Assembly: GCA_017551725.1 (NCBI GenBank)
Contig: JAFZKY010000037.1
Span: 123,595-187,594, forward strand
Direction of reading: 5' to 3'
DNA from: Bacteroidales bacterium
GTDB lineage: Bacteria > Bacteroidota > Bacteroidia > Bacteroidales > WCHB1-69
DNA: 64,000 nucleotides
Below, in pieces: positions 46,353 to 56,236 of this stretch (positions are counted from its first letter, which is position 1; every line of letters starts with the position of its first letter). The translations under genes were made by a program, and so were the position numbers. Under the pieces are notes generated by a model. It worked only from the letters and a program-made list of their open reading frames with translations, ran no database searches and had not been told where the DNA came from.

Positions 46353-47822
46353 GTGAAAATCATCAACCGTTATCTCTGTAAAAACTTTCTGGGGCCCTTC
46401 GCCCTCACTTTTTTCGTGGCCTTGTTTGTGCTACTGATGCAGTTTTTATGGAAATGGGTTGATGAATTAGTCGGCAAAGGATTGGAAATCAGCATCCTGC
46501 TAAAACTCCTCTTCTACGCATCCATCACCCTCACCTCCATGGCTTTCCCCTTGGCCGTGCTGCTGGCCTCTCTGATGACCTTCGGCAACATGGGCGAACG
46601 CTACGAGATTGTGGCGCTGAAATCCGCCGGTGTCCCCATCAGCAAGATGATGATGCCGCTGGCAATTCTGTCCCTCATCATCTCCGTGATCGCCTTCCTG
46701 TTTTCAAATGTGGCCATACCCAAGGCCAGCGTGAAACTCAGGATGATGCTGTTTGACATTCAGGAGCAAAAGCCGGCCCTGAACATCGAAGAAGGCGTGT
46801 TTTACACCGGATTGGACAACTATTCCATCCGCGTGGGCAAGAAGATGCCCGACGGAGAGAAAATCAAGGACGTCCTGATCTATGACCATTCCAGCCACCA
46901 GGGCAACACCACCGTCACATACGCCAAAGAGGGCGTGATGACGGTCACGCCGGACAAGCACTATCTGCTGTTCACCCTTTACGACGGTTCCTTCTGGGAC
47001 GAAAGTTCCAAATCCGGCATCCGCTCGGATGGCCGGATGCATTACCCGCTCACCCGTGCCACCTTTTCCAAACAGTACAAACGTTTCGACATGTCGAGTT
47101 TCGACATGGCCGAGGTGGACGAAAGCCTCTATCAAGGCCACTCCACTGCCATGTCCACCAAACAGCTCAACCATAAAATCGACACGCTGAAAAAGGAAAT
47201 CACGGGATTGGCCCACGGAGCCTCCCGGGTGTTCTTCAGCAGCCTTTATTTCTTCAACTGGCTGGTGAAGGAGGACAGCTGTTTCGACACCATGTCAAGA
47301 CAGCAGGCGTTGGATTTGACCACCCTCAGTCCCACCACACGTGAGCGCATGTTCCGCAATGCGGAAAACCAGGCAAATTCCTATATTTTCAACGTCAAAT
47401 TTGCGTATCAGGATATGGCCTTCCGCACATCCTACCTGTGGGGCTTCCAGATTGAATACCTGCGGAAGTTCACCTTGTCGATTGCCTGCCTGCTCTTCTT
47501 CTTCATCGGTGCCCCGCTGGGTTCCATCATCCGCAAAGGCGGCATCGGCATCCCGCTGGTCATCACCGTCGTTTTCTTCACCCTCTACTTCGCCATTTCG
47601 ATCATGGGTGAAAAGATAGCCAAAACCAGCGCCATGCCCGTATGGTTCGGCATGTGGCTCTCGTCCTTTGTCCTCATCCCCATCTGTGTTTTCCTGACAT
47701 ATCATGCCACCACGGACTCGGCCATTTTCTCGCCGGAAACCTATTCCAAGATGGTGGAAAAACTGAAAAAAATAAAATCATCCTTTATAAAACGTCATGA
47801 AGATTCTCCAACTGTGTCATAA
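46353..47822 (+). CDS. LptF/LptG (YjgP/YjgQ) family LPS export permease
   Basis: 489 aa with a GTG start. MKIINRYLCKNFLGPFALTFFVALFVLLMQFLW is the family N-terminus. The layout is three TM segments, a periplasmic beta-jellyroll-sized insert, then three TM segments. Confidence 0.85.
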   Translation: MKIINRYLCKNFLGPFALTFFVALFVLLMQFLWKWVDELVGKGLEISILLKLLFYASITLTSMAFPLAVLLASLMTFGNMGERYEIVALKSAGVPISKMMMPLAILSLIISVIAFLFSNVAIPKASVKLRMMLFDIQEQKPALNIEEGVFYTGLDNYSIRVGKKMPDGEKIKDVLIYDHSSHQGNTTVTYAKEGVMTVTPDKHYLLFTLYDGSFWDESSKSGIRSDGRMHYPLTRATFSKQYKRFDMSSFDMAEVDESLYQGHSTAMSTKQLNHKIDTLKKEITGLAHGASRVFFSSLYFFNWLVKEDSCFDTMSRQQALDLTTLSPTTRERMFRNAENQANSYIFNVKFAYQDMAFRTSYLWGFQIEYLRKFTLSIACLLFFFIGAPLGSIIRKGGIGIPLVITVVFFTLYFAISIMGEKIAKTSAMPVWFGMWLSSFVLIPICVFLTYHATTDSAIFSPETYSKMVEKLKKIKSSFIKRHEDSPTVS

Positions 47823-49005
47823 ACCGCCTTTACCTTTGATAGACGGCGGATGCATCGCCATTCACAACATCACGGACGGCCTCCTCAATAGTGGTCAGGA
47901 GGTCAAGGTGGTTGCGATTGAAACCCCCAAGCACCCCGTGAAGCTGGATGTCATGCCCAAAGAATACCTCCAAAAGACGTGCTTCGAATCGGTCTTCATC
48001 GACACCACTCCCCGTTTCCGTGATGCCCTCCGTGCGCTCCTGCACCGGCATCCCTACCAGATCAACCGTTTTTATTCCAAATCAATGGTTTCCAAACTGA
48101 TATGGATATTAGAGCATGAAACGTTTGACATTATCCATCTGGAATCCATCTATGTTACCCCTTATATTGAAACTATTCGGAAACACTCCCAAGCAAAAAT
48201 CATTCTCCGGCTGCACAATATTGAGCACCAGATCTGGCAACGTCTCGCCGATAACGAATCCTGGCCGTTGCACAAGCTGATATACAAGACCAACGCCCGC
48301 CAGCTGGAACGGGTGGAGAACAACATTCTGCAGCAGGTGGACGGCTATATGACCATCTCGGAACCCGACCACCGCTTTTTCCAGCAGACAGCCCCCGACG
48401 TGCCGGGCACCATCGTCACGTTTGGGTTGGATATGGAGAAATACGATAACGACGAGGATTTCATCCCTTCCGACGAGCCTTCCCTGTGCCATATCGGCAG
48501 CATGAACTGGTCGCCGAATATCGAAGGCGTGGAATGGTTCCTGGACGAGGTATGGCCGGAGATTCACCGCGCGCACCCCGCACTCACCTTCACGCTGGCC
48601 GGACACAGCATCCCCGACCGCCTCTACCAGCGTCACGATGAAAATGTCATCATCGCAGGGGAGGTGCCCGATGCCAACGAGTTCATCCTGTCGCACGACC
48701 TGATGATTGTGCCCCTGCTCTCCGGCAGCGGCATCCGCATCAAGATTGTGGAGGCGATGGCCCTCGGCCGTGTCGTCATCACCACCTCTGTGGGAGCCGA
48801 GGGAATGGATATCGAAGACGGAAAACATCTGTTTATCGCCAACACGCCCGATGAGTTCCTCAATATCATCAACAAGTGCATTGCCACGCCCGACCTTTGC
48901 ACCATCATCGGTGAAAACGCCCGCGACTTCATTGCCATGAACCACAACAATGATCTCATCACGGACCATATTCTTGATTTTTACCAAAACGTCACCGCAA
49001 AATAA
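47797..49005 (+). CDS. glycosyltransferase family 4
   Basis: 402 aa. MKILQLCHKPPLPLIDGG is a GT4 N-terminal domain start. The C-terminal E..(7)..E-type region is PLLSGSGIRIKIVEAMALGRVVITTSVGAEG. The stop TAA overlaps the dxs ATG by 1 nt. Confidence 0.8.
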   Translation: MKILQLCHKPPLPLIDGGCIAIHNITDGLLNSGQEVKVVAIETPKHPVKLDVMPKEYLQKTCFESVFIDTTPRFRDALRALLHRHPYQINRFYSKSMVSKLIWILEHETFDIIHLESIYVTPYIETIRKHSQAKIILRLHNIEHQIWQRLADNESWPLHKLIYKTNARQLERVENNILQQVDGYMTISEPDHRFFQQTAPDVPGTIVTFGLDMEKYDNDEDFIPSDEPSLCHIGSMNWSPNIEGVEWFLDEVWPEIHRAHPALTFTLAGHSIPDRLYQRHDENVIIAGEVPDANEFILSHDLMIVPLLSGSGIRIKIVEAMALGRVVITTSVGAEGMDIEDGKHLFIANTPDEFLNIINKCIATPDLCTIIGENARDFIAMNHNNDLITDHILDFYQNVTAK

Positions 49006-50903
49006 TGGCATATCTCGATCAAATCGAAACTCCTGAAGACTTGCGCAAATTGCCCGTTTCCGCGCTGCCTGAACTATGCAACGAACTGAGAACGTTCATC
49101 ATTGAGCAAACCTCCCAGCATCCCGGCCATCTGGGTTCGAGCTTGGGCGTGGTGGAACTGACGGTGGCCATACACTACGTGTTCGACACCCCCAACGACA
49201 AGTTGGTCTGGGACGTGGGCCATCAAGCCTATTGCCACAAGATTCTGACGGGACGTAAAAAGCTTTTCCATACCAACCGATGCTATCATGGCATCAGCGG
49301 CTTTCCGCGCCGCGAGGAGAGCGAATACGATGCTTTCGGTACAGGACACTCCTCCACCTCCATTTCCGCCGCTCTGGGCATGGCCATGGCCGCCAAGATG
49401 GAAGGGAACACTGAACGCAACCACATCGCCGTCATCGGCGACGGGGCTATGACGGGCGGAATGGCCTTCGAAGCCATGAACCAAGCCGCCTACCGCGACG
49501 TGAACATGATGGTCATCCTTAACGACAACAAGATTTCCATCGACCAGAGCACGGGGGCCATGAGCCGCTATCTGCTTTCCATCACCGCCTCGCCCCAATA
49601 CAACCGTTTCAAAAACCGAATCTGGAACATCTTTACCTTCAAGACCAAGCAGTCGAACCGCATCACCCGTTTCTTCAGCGGAATGGGCAACGGCATAAAA
49701 GGTTACCTGCTCGGTGGGAGCAACTGGTTCCAGAGTCTGGGCTACCGCTACTTCGGTCCCGCCGACGGGCACGATGTCATCCACTTGGTAAAAACCTTAC
49801 AAGCCTTGAAAGCCCTGCCGGGATTGAAACTCTTCCACGTGCTGACCGTGAAAGGCAAGGGCTTGGACATGGCCGAGCAGAACCAGACGGCCTACCATGC
49901 ACCGGGCAAATTCGACCCTGCCACGGGAAAAATCATCAAACAACCGCAGGATCAAAACATTCCACCCAAATATCAAGACGTATTCGGGCACACCATCTTA
50001 GAACTGGCGCAACAAGACGAGAAGGTGGTGGGCATCACGCCGGCCATGGCCACGGGCTGCTCCCTGACCATCATGAACGACGTGTTCCCCGAGCGGGTTT
50101 TCGACGTGGGCATCGCCGAACAGCACGCCGTAACCTTTTCCGCAGGCCTGGCTGCCGAAGGTCTTATCCCCTTCTGCAACATATACTCTTCGTTCTTCCA
50201 GCGCAGTTATGACCAAGTCATCCACGACGTGGCCCTGCAAAAACTGCCGGTGATTTTCTGCCTAGACAGAGCCGGTCTGGTGGGCGAAGACGGCGCCACC
50301 CATCAGGGATCTTTCGACCTGGCCTTCCTGCGGGCCGTCCCCGACCTCATCATCGCATCCCCCTTGAACGAGCATGAGCTCCGCAACCTGATGCTGACCG
50401 CCTACCACAACGCAAAAAAGGGCGGACTACCGTTCGCCATCCGCTACCCGCGCGGACGAGGCGTGCTCACCGATTGGCACAACGAGCCGGAAGATATCCC
50501 CGTCGGCAAAGGACAACTGCTGCGCCAAGGCAAACAAATCGCGATGATCTCCATCGGTCCCATTGGCAACAACGTGGCCCAGGCGCTTGACCAGCTACAA
50601 GAAAAAAACATCTGCCCCACCCATGTGGACATGCGCTTCCTGAAGCCGCTGGACGAGACCCTGTTGCTCTCGCTCGCCGACACGCACAAGACATGGATCA
50701 CCGTGGAAGACGGCACCGAAAAAGGCGGACTGTTCTCGGCTGTGGCGGAATTTTTAGAGAACCACCAGCTGAACAACATCCTGCACCACATCGCCCTCCC
50801 CGACCAGTTCATCTCCCACGGCGACATCCCGCATCTGTATCACGAAGTGGGACTTGATGTGGAGAATATCGTCAAGACTATTACCGGATTGTGGCAAGAA
50901 TAA
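49005..50903 (+). CDS. dxs: 1-deoxy-D-xylulose-5-phosphate synthase
   Basis: 632 aa. Blocks GHLGSSLGVVELT, DVGHQAYCHKILTGR, GHSSTSISAALGMA, IGDGAMTGGMAFEA and DRAGLVGEDGATHQG are present. Confidence 0.95.
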   Translation: MAYLDQIETPEDLRKLPVSALPELCNELRTFIIEQTSQHPGHLGSSLGVVELTVAIHYVFDTPNDKLVWDVGHQAYCHKILTGRKKLFHTNRCYHGISGFPRREESEYDAFGTGHSSTSISAALGMAMAAKMEGNTERNHIAVIGDGAMTGGMAFEAMNQAAYRDVNMMVILNDNKISIDQSTGAMSRYLLSITASPQYNRFKNRIWNIFTFKTKQSNRITRFFSGMGNGIKGYLLGGSNWFQSLGYRYFGPADGHDVIHLVKTLQALKALPGLKLFHVLTVKGKGLDMAEQNQTAYHAPGKFDPATGKIIKQPQDQNIPPKYQDVFGHTILELAQQDEKVVGITPAMATGCSLTIMNDVFPERVFDVGIAEQHAVTFSAGLAAEGLIPFCNIYSSFFQRSYDQVIHDVALQKLPVIFCLDRAGLVGEDGATHQGSFDLAFLRAVPDLIIASPLNEHELRNLMLTAYHNAKKGGLPFAIRYPRGRGVLTDWHNEPEDIPVGKGQLLRQGKQIAMISIGPIGNNVAQALDQLQEKNICPTHVDMRFLKPLDETLLLSLADTHKTWITVEDGTEKGGLFSAVAEFLENHQLNNILHHIALPDQFISHGDIPHLYHEVGLDVENIVKTITGLWQE

Positions 50904-50921
50904 ACAATCCTCCTACCCTAT

Positions 50922-51923
50922 TTATCGGTTCGTCTTTACGGAAAAACTTTTGTTTAGCAAGACCTTGGCAATCCCGACCAGATAACCCCAACCGTAACTG
51001 ACATGAATGACCGGGAAAATTGCCATCAAAATGGGGACGATTTTGGGGTTGCGGGTGGATTTCAGGCTAAAAAGGAGGTCGGCAATAAGATAGAGAGCAA
51101 GAACGATCAGATATATGGCGAGGAATATGGGATGTACACAAGCAAGAATACCGCCGAATATCAATCCAAGGACAAAGCCCGGCGGGAAGAATTGCCGTAA
51201 GGTGGCCGGCTTGCCCAACTTTTTGTTTACCAATGGTTTGAAAAGCCCGTACTGGTAAAACATCTTGCTCACTTTGCCTATCGTGTCGCGGGCGTAGTAG
51301 TTGATGACAACGGACGGTATCAGGTATATTTTCCCGCCATTGCGGATGATTCTGCCGTTGAATTCATCATCCTGATTGCGCACCAGTTCTTCATCGAAAA
51401 AGCCGATTTTCTCGAAAATAGCCTTGCGGAAACAGCCGAAGGGCACCGTATCTACGGGCATCTCCCGGTCTGCGCCGATGCGGAAGTAGGAGTTGCCCAT
51501 ACCGAACGGCGAGCTGAGCGCGAAGGCGATGGCCTGGCACACTGGTGTGTCGTTGATTGGCAGTGTGCGGCACACGCCGCCCACGTTGTCGGCCCCGAGC
51601 GCGTTGAGCCGCTCGGTCAGGACCGAAAAATAGTTGTTCGGGTACTCCGCGTGCGCATCCAGGCGGATGATGATGTCGCCCTTGGCCACCCGGATGCCGA
51701 TGTTCAGCGCCACCGGCACAATCTTGTCGGGATTGTCCAACAGATGGATGAAAGGGTACCGCTCCGAAAACGCCTGCACCAGTTCCCGCGTGCGGTCTGT
51801 GCTCATGCCATCCACGAAGAGCACTTCCATATTCTCTTTCGGAAAGTCTTGAGCCAGAATGGATTCAATACATTTTTCAATGTATTTTTCTTCATTGTAA
51901 ATGGGACAGATGACGGAAATCAT
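50922..51923 (-). CDS. glycosyltransferase family 2 with C-terminal TM segments
   Basis: I prefer the start MISVICPIYNEEKYIEKCIESIL (ATG at 51923). VDGMSTD and RLDAHAEYP are the DxD/DxH-type GT2 motifs. The C-terminus has two or three TM helices. Confidence 0.8.
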   Translation of the reverse strand: MISVICPIYNEEKYIEKCIESILAQDFPKENMEVLFVDGMSTDRTRELVQAFSERYPFIHLLDNPDKIVPVALNIGIRVAKGDIIIRLDAHAEYPNNYFSVLTERLNALGADNVGGVCRTLPINDTPVCQAIAFALSSPFGMGNSYFRIGADREMPVDTVPFGCFRKAIFEKIGFFDEELVRNQDDEFNGRIIRNGGKIYLIPSVVINYYARDTIGKVSKMFYQYGLFKPLVNKKLGKPATLRQFFPPGFVLGLIFGGILACVHPIFLAIYLIVLALYLIADLLFSLKSTRNPKIVPILMAIFPVIHVSYGWGYLVGIAKVLLNKSFSVKTNR

Positions 51924-51928
51924 ACGGA

Positions 51929-54229
51929 TTAGGCTTTTGTCAGGATGTCTTGGTAAATGTTTTGGTAGGTGCGGGCAATGTCCGACCAATCGAATATGCG
52001 GAACCGTTCGGCGGACAATGTCTGATAGTCTTCCGGGTGGGTGAGCAGTTTGCGCAGGGCCTCCCGGATAGAGTCGGTAGAGTTGGGATTAACGCTTTCA
52101 CCTACCGTTTCTTCAAAAAGTCCGTCAATGCCTTCGTTTTTCGTGTAAAGCACAGACAATCCCTGGGACAAGGCCTCCACGTACACCAATCCGAAGGTCT
52201 CGTGGATGGAGGGCATTGCGAAGACACTGTTTTCTTTATACAGTTTTTGTAAAATATCTTTGTCGAAAATGCGTCCGTGGTAGGTGATGATGTCGGGATG
52301 GACATTCACCTGATCCAGAACCTTTTGTTCACACTCGCCCGTACCGCCTACCAGGTTGAGGTGTATGTCGGGGATGTCGTTTTTGAGTTGCAAAACAGCA
52401 TCCATAAGCCGCAGCACATTTTTATTATGGTCGAAATTGCCCACGAAGACGACAGAATGGTTCTTGCCATGCTGCTGCGGGTCGGGATGAAATGCCGACA
52501 ACCAGTAGTCGTTCAGTCCGTTGGAGATAACCACGCTTTTATCACTAAGTATAGACTTCATGCCTACGAGAGTCGGGTGTTTTGTCAAACGTTGTTGCAG
52601 CATCGGGGTGATGAAGACCACCTTTTCCGCCTCGCGGATGACGGCGCGGTGTACCCACCACAGATGGGGCGTGTATTTCAGGAAGGCATTGAGGTCGCTG
52701 TTGCGCACGGCCACGATGTAGGGGATGCCGTACTGCCGTTTCAGTCGCAAGGCCACAGCTCCGTCGCTGAACAGGTTGGTGGCATGTGCGCACGCCACCT
52801 CGTCCAGGTTCACCTGCTTGGCGATATCTTTTCCGATTTTGTCGATTTTACGGTTGAAAAACAACCGGTGCAACGGTTTCAGAATAAAGGAATAGATAAT
52901 GCGGGTATGCTCTCCCTCAAAGGCGTTTTGGTCAGTGAGTGATTCGTTTCGTATGGGGGAGTAAACAATCTGTTGAACGCCCTGTTGGTCAAGGTGCTGG
53001 TATAATTCCGTATGCACCTTGCTGTAGGTAAAGTCGTTGCTGATATGCAGTACGGTATTGCCGTGTGCGTCGCGGGCAGGCGCCTGCTGGTATTGGCGGA
53101 ACGTGGCCCCGAGGAGCAGGAAGGCCATCATCTGCACCGAGCCGGGCCCGTAGGGGAAGTTGGGTTCCACGAAGCTGACAATCAAGGGTATCATGCAGGC
53201 CACGAAGCCCACATCGCGCAGGGCGGTGCGCCGCTCCCGGAACAGTGCCACGATGGTCCGGATGCCGAAATAGAGATAGAACGCCACCAACGGGAACGAC
53301 CAGATGCCATAGCGCACCATGCGCAGCAGGATATAGTTGTGAATGATCAAAATGCCGGAAGACTCCTCCTGTTCGCCATGCAGCGGGTCTTTGAGGAAGA
53401 ACTCCAGACCCTGCTGGTTGCGTTCCCAACGGTTGGAGGTCAGCACGTCGATGTCGGAGGAGGACTTTCCGCCAACCATAAAACGTGTCAGCTCGTCGCT
53501 GATGAATCCTACATATATTATATAGGCAATCAGAAGGATGCCGAGAACGGTGAGAATGTTCTTCAAACTGGGCCGCCATTCCCAGTGGATATCTTTGACG
53601 GAGAGGAACAATGCACATGCCAGCAACGCGAAGCAGTCGGAGCGGGCACGGATGAGCACGAGCAAAAGCAGGGTGAGAAGGAAAAGAACCAGAAAGTGTG
53701 TGCGTTGTTGGGGCATTTTTAACGCAAAGAAGTACATGACGGCACCCGCGATGGCCACCATGCCGCCAATCTGGTTTTTGCCTTCGTCCAGCATATAATG
53801 CTCCGGCACGATGAGGTTGCCCGCCCAGAAAAAGCAGTTGATGACACACATGACGATAAGCCCCAGCGTGTAATAGTAGGCCACATCGGCCCATTGCCGC
53901 ATGTCCCAGTCCAAGGTCATGCCGATGCAGATGCACAGGCACGCTACCACCAGCTGCGACAGGTCGGCGGGACGGAACCGCTGGCCAAGCAGTTTGAACA
54001 CGGCGAACTCCACCGCCACGATGAGGATGGTGGCGAAAAACAGACGCACAAACCGTTCGGAACAGTAGGTCTCGAGGGAAAAAGTCAACACGAAGGCGGC
54101 AGCCATGCACGCCATGATGACGTAGCGCAGGATGTAGTACGTGACCGTCAGGTAAACCCACGGCAGGTAGGAGGCGATGACCATCCCCAGCGTGGCAAGT
54201 AGCAAATATTTGGCGATTTTATTTTTCAT
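51929..54229 (-). CDS. fusion protein: O-antigen ligase/polymerase-like (Wzy_C) membrane domain + GT4 glycosyltransferase domain
   Basis: 766 aa. The N-terminal roughly 390 aa are polytopic, with Wzy_C-like motifs (LIRARSDCFALL; IIHNYILLRMVRYGIWSF). The C-terminal roughly 370 aa are GT4-like (NVLRLMDAV.., FAMPSIHETFGLVYVEALSQGLSVLYT). Confidence 0.7.
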   Translation of the reverse strand: MKNKIAKYLLLATLGMVIASYLPWVYLTVTYYILRYVIMACMAAAFVLTFSLETYCSERFVRLFFATILIVAVEFAVFKLLGQRFRPADLSQLVVACLCICIGMTLDWDMRQWADVAYYYTLGLIVMCVINCFFWAGNLIVPEHYMLDEGKNQIGGMVAIAGAVMYFFALKMPQQRTHFLVLFLLTLLLLVLIRARSDCFALLACALFLSVKDIHWEWRPSLKNILTVLGILLIAYIIYVGFISDELTRFMVGGKSSSDIDVLTSNRWERNQQGLEFFLKDPLHGEQEESSGILIIHNYILLRMVRYGIWSFPLVAFYLYFGIRTIVALFRERRTALRDVGFVACMIPLIVSFVEPNFPYGPGSVQMMAFLLLGATFRQYQQAPARDAHGNTVLHISNDFTYSKVHTELYQHLDQQGVQQIVYSPIRNESLTDQNAFEGEHTRIIYSFILKPLHRLFFNRKIDKIGKDIAKQVNLDEVACAHATNLFSDGAVALRLKRQYGIPYIVAVRNSDLNAFLKYTPHLWWVHRAVIREAEKVVFITPMLQQRLTKHPTLVGMKSILSDKSVVISNGLNDYWLSAFHPDPQQHGKNHSVVFVGNFDHNKNVLRLMDAVLQLKNDIPDIHLNLVGGTGECEQKVLDQVNVHPDIITYHGRIFDKDILQKLYKENSVFAMPSIHETFGLVYVEALSQGLSVLYTKNEGIDGLFEETVGESVNPNSTDSIREALRKLLTHPEDYQTLSAERFRIFDWSDIARTYQNIYQDILTKA

Positions 54230-54239
54230 TACGGTAAAA

Positions 54240-55136
54240 TTAACGAGTGTTGATGGAAGGCAGGGTTATCTTTTGGCCAAACAATAAATCGGTTGAGGGC
54301 AGCCGGCCTTTGTCGAAGCCGCCGGCAGGCGTGAAGGTGAGCTCTCCGAAATAGGCTTTGCCTTTTTCCAGATAAAAATCGGCCCGCACGAACGGGAAAG
54401 GCTTGGAAAGTATCTCCGCATAATCGAAGAGCGCATCCATGCCGTCGGGTTTGGGCAAGGTGAAGCCCTCAGGAGCTTCGAGGCCCTGCCGGTTCAGCCG
54501 TTGCAACTCCCACTCGCGATTGAAAAAGTAGAAGTCTGGCTTCTGCTGGTGCCCGCGCCCGAAGCAGCACAGCACATATTCGGGTTTTCCATTGAAACAG
54601 TAAATCTTATAGTCCACGGGCGAAGAGCCGTCTTCCGTCTCGATGAACTGCTCACAAAGGATGCGTTTCTCAGGGAAGTTGTATTGCGGCTCGGCGGCGA
54701 TGAGGTGGAATTTGATTTTCTCGAAACGGTCCAAATCACGGATGGTGGCGGGGATGTCGAGCTTTGTCTTGTCGGGGCAGATGACGTTGCCGCCGCAGCC
54801 GAAGTTCCACTTCAGCACGAATTTGTCCGGCAGCGTCTCCCAGTTGATTTCCGACGCATGGGCATAGACGGCATGGAGCGGGTTGAGGATGTGCTCCAGC
54901 CCACATTCCGCCACGTAGTCCCGCACGCGGAGCTTGTCGGCGCAGCGTTCTACCAGCGCATTGTCCTTGTAGTAATAGAGTTTCATCCACTGGATTTTCT
55001 CATCCAAGGTCTGCGGGTCCTCCAGATTCAGCCGCTTGCGATGATATATGCGGAAAAGCGTTTTGACGCTCCATTTGGGCGACAGGGAGGTCAACGCATA
55101 ACGCATTAACAAATTGGGTATTGATCGAAATTCCAT
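54240..55136 (-). CDS. ATP-grasp amidoligase, TupA-like family
   Basis: 298 aa. LDEKIQWMKLY, DKLRVRDYV, FVLKWNFGCGGNVIC, DYKIYCFNGKPEYV, FVRADFY and YFGELTFTPAGG follow my recollection of the TupA-like ATP-grasp family (the teichuronopeptide type). Confidence 0.7.
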   Translation of the reverse strand: MEFRSIPNLLMRYALTSLSPKWSVKTLFRIYHRKRLNLEDPQTLDEKIQWMKLYYYKDNALVERCADKLRVRDYVAECGLEHILNPLHAVYAHASEINWETLPDKFVLKWNFGCGGNVICPDKTKLDIPATIRDLDRFEKIKFHLIAAEPQYNFPEKRILCEQFIETEDGSSPVDYKIYCFNGKPEYVLCCFGRGHQQKPDFYFFNREWELQRLNRQGLEAPEGFTLPKPDGMDALFDYAEILSKPFPFVRADFYLEKGKAYFGELTFTPAGGFDKGRLPSTDLLFGQKITLPSINTR

Positions 55137-55148
55137 GATGCGGGTTTT

Positions 55149-56231
55149 CTACCAGTAACTGTGTCTGGTATTTCGGTTTTTATAAATCTCCTTCAAAAAT
55201 TCCTCCGGATTCTCACCAAAGGCAGGTCCGTATGCCGACTGGCTCAGGTCGGGGTCGGCGTTCCACTCGATGAAGACGGGCTCGCCCTGCTCGCCCACGG
55301 CGAAGTCCCAGGCGGCGATATTGAAGTGGGGCAAGCGGAGATGCAGCCGTTTGGCGGTCTCCACCACCTCAGGAAAGGACGGGATGGCATAGCCGTCGAG
55401 GGTGATGCCGCTGTCGGTCTTCTCCACCATGTCGTAGCCCGGCGCGCCGAAGGCGTAGCGTCCCAGCGTGCCGTCGGGACGGATCAGCGTGCTGATGCCG
55501 CCGGCGCTCTCGTTGTCGATCACCTGGCCGGCACGCCCGATACGGATCACAGCATAGATCAGCCGCACCTCCATGTCGTGGCGGTAGGTGAGCAGACGGA
55601 TGGTGTTCACGGAGGCCGGGTTGAGGGCCGCCATACGCTCGTGCTGATGCACGGCCTCCTGCAGGATGAAGTCGCGCTCGTATTCGTCGAAGAGCTGCTC
55701 GATGCGCTTGCCCTTGCGGTCGGTGACCCCGTCCTGGACGCGGAGGCGCATGACTCCCTCGCCGCGTGTCAGCAGGGAGGGCTTCAGGATGGCCTCGTCA
55801 AGGTTCTGGCAACGGGCTATGGCCTCCTCGCGACTGATGGCCTTTCCGTCGGCGTAGAAATGATGGTTGATGTTCTTGATAAACGTCTTGGGCTGGATGA
55901 CGTCGGGGAAAAGCTCCTCTGACACGTTCTTGTCGGCATAGGCATCCTTGAATGGGAAGTTGTTCATCCGCCCGATCATCTCCGAGCGGTAAACGCCCAC
56001 GGGGATGTAGTAGGGCGAGTAGTTGCCGGTGCGCGAGTAGAGGAACTTGTGCCATATCAGCGGCACGCGCCGCCCGATGGCCCGGCGGTAGAAAGCCTGT
56101 ATTTCCCGCTTCTGCTGCCGCGTGAGCTTGCGCTTGATCTTCAGCTGGCGGTATTTTTTCCATATCTCGTAATGGAACGAGAATTCCAATACGATCTTCT
56201 TGATTTTGGAAGTGGTTCTCAAACTTTTCAT
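55149..56231 (-). CDS. sugar-transfer-associated ATP-grasp family protein
   Basis: 360 aa. ILKPSLLTRGEGV, ILQEAVHQHERMAALNPASVNTIRLLT, IGRAGQVIDNESAGGIS and AAWDFAVGEQGEPVFIEWNA fit the ATP-grasp fold family that is found next to glycosyltransferases. Confidence 0.65.
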   Translation of the reverse strand: MKSLRTTSKIKKIVLEFSFHYEIWKKYRQLKIKRKLTRQQKREIQAFYRRAIGRRVPLIWHKFLYSRTGNYSPYYIPVGVYRSEMIGRMNNFPFKDAYADKNVSEELFPDVIQPKTFIKNINHHFYADGKAISREEAIARCQNLDEAILKPSLLTRGEGVMRLRVQDGVTDRKGKRIEQLFDEYERDFILQEAVHQHERMAALNPASVNTIRLLTYRHDMEVRLIYAVIRIGRAGQVIDNESAGGISTLIRPDGTLGRYAFGAPGYDMVEKTDSGITLDGYAIPSFPEVVETAKRLHLRLPHFNIAAWDFAVGEQGEPVFIEWNADPDLSQSAYGPAFGENPEEFLKEIYKNRNTRHSYW

Positions 56232-56236
56232 AGCGT

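Noticed and set aside
51924-51989. 22-codon extension of the GT2 ORF into the upstream gene
   Set aside because: MISVICPIYNEE at 51923 is the typical GT2 start, and the extension overlaps the stop region of the Wzy-GT4 gene.
52989-54161. 390-aa and 236-aa alternative-frame/antisense ORFs across the Wzy-like domain (52989-54161 minus, 53012-53722 plus)
   Set aside because: The products are Arg/Pro/His/Gly-rich, whereas the 51929-54229 frame gives coherent TM helices and Wzy_C motifs.
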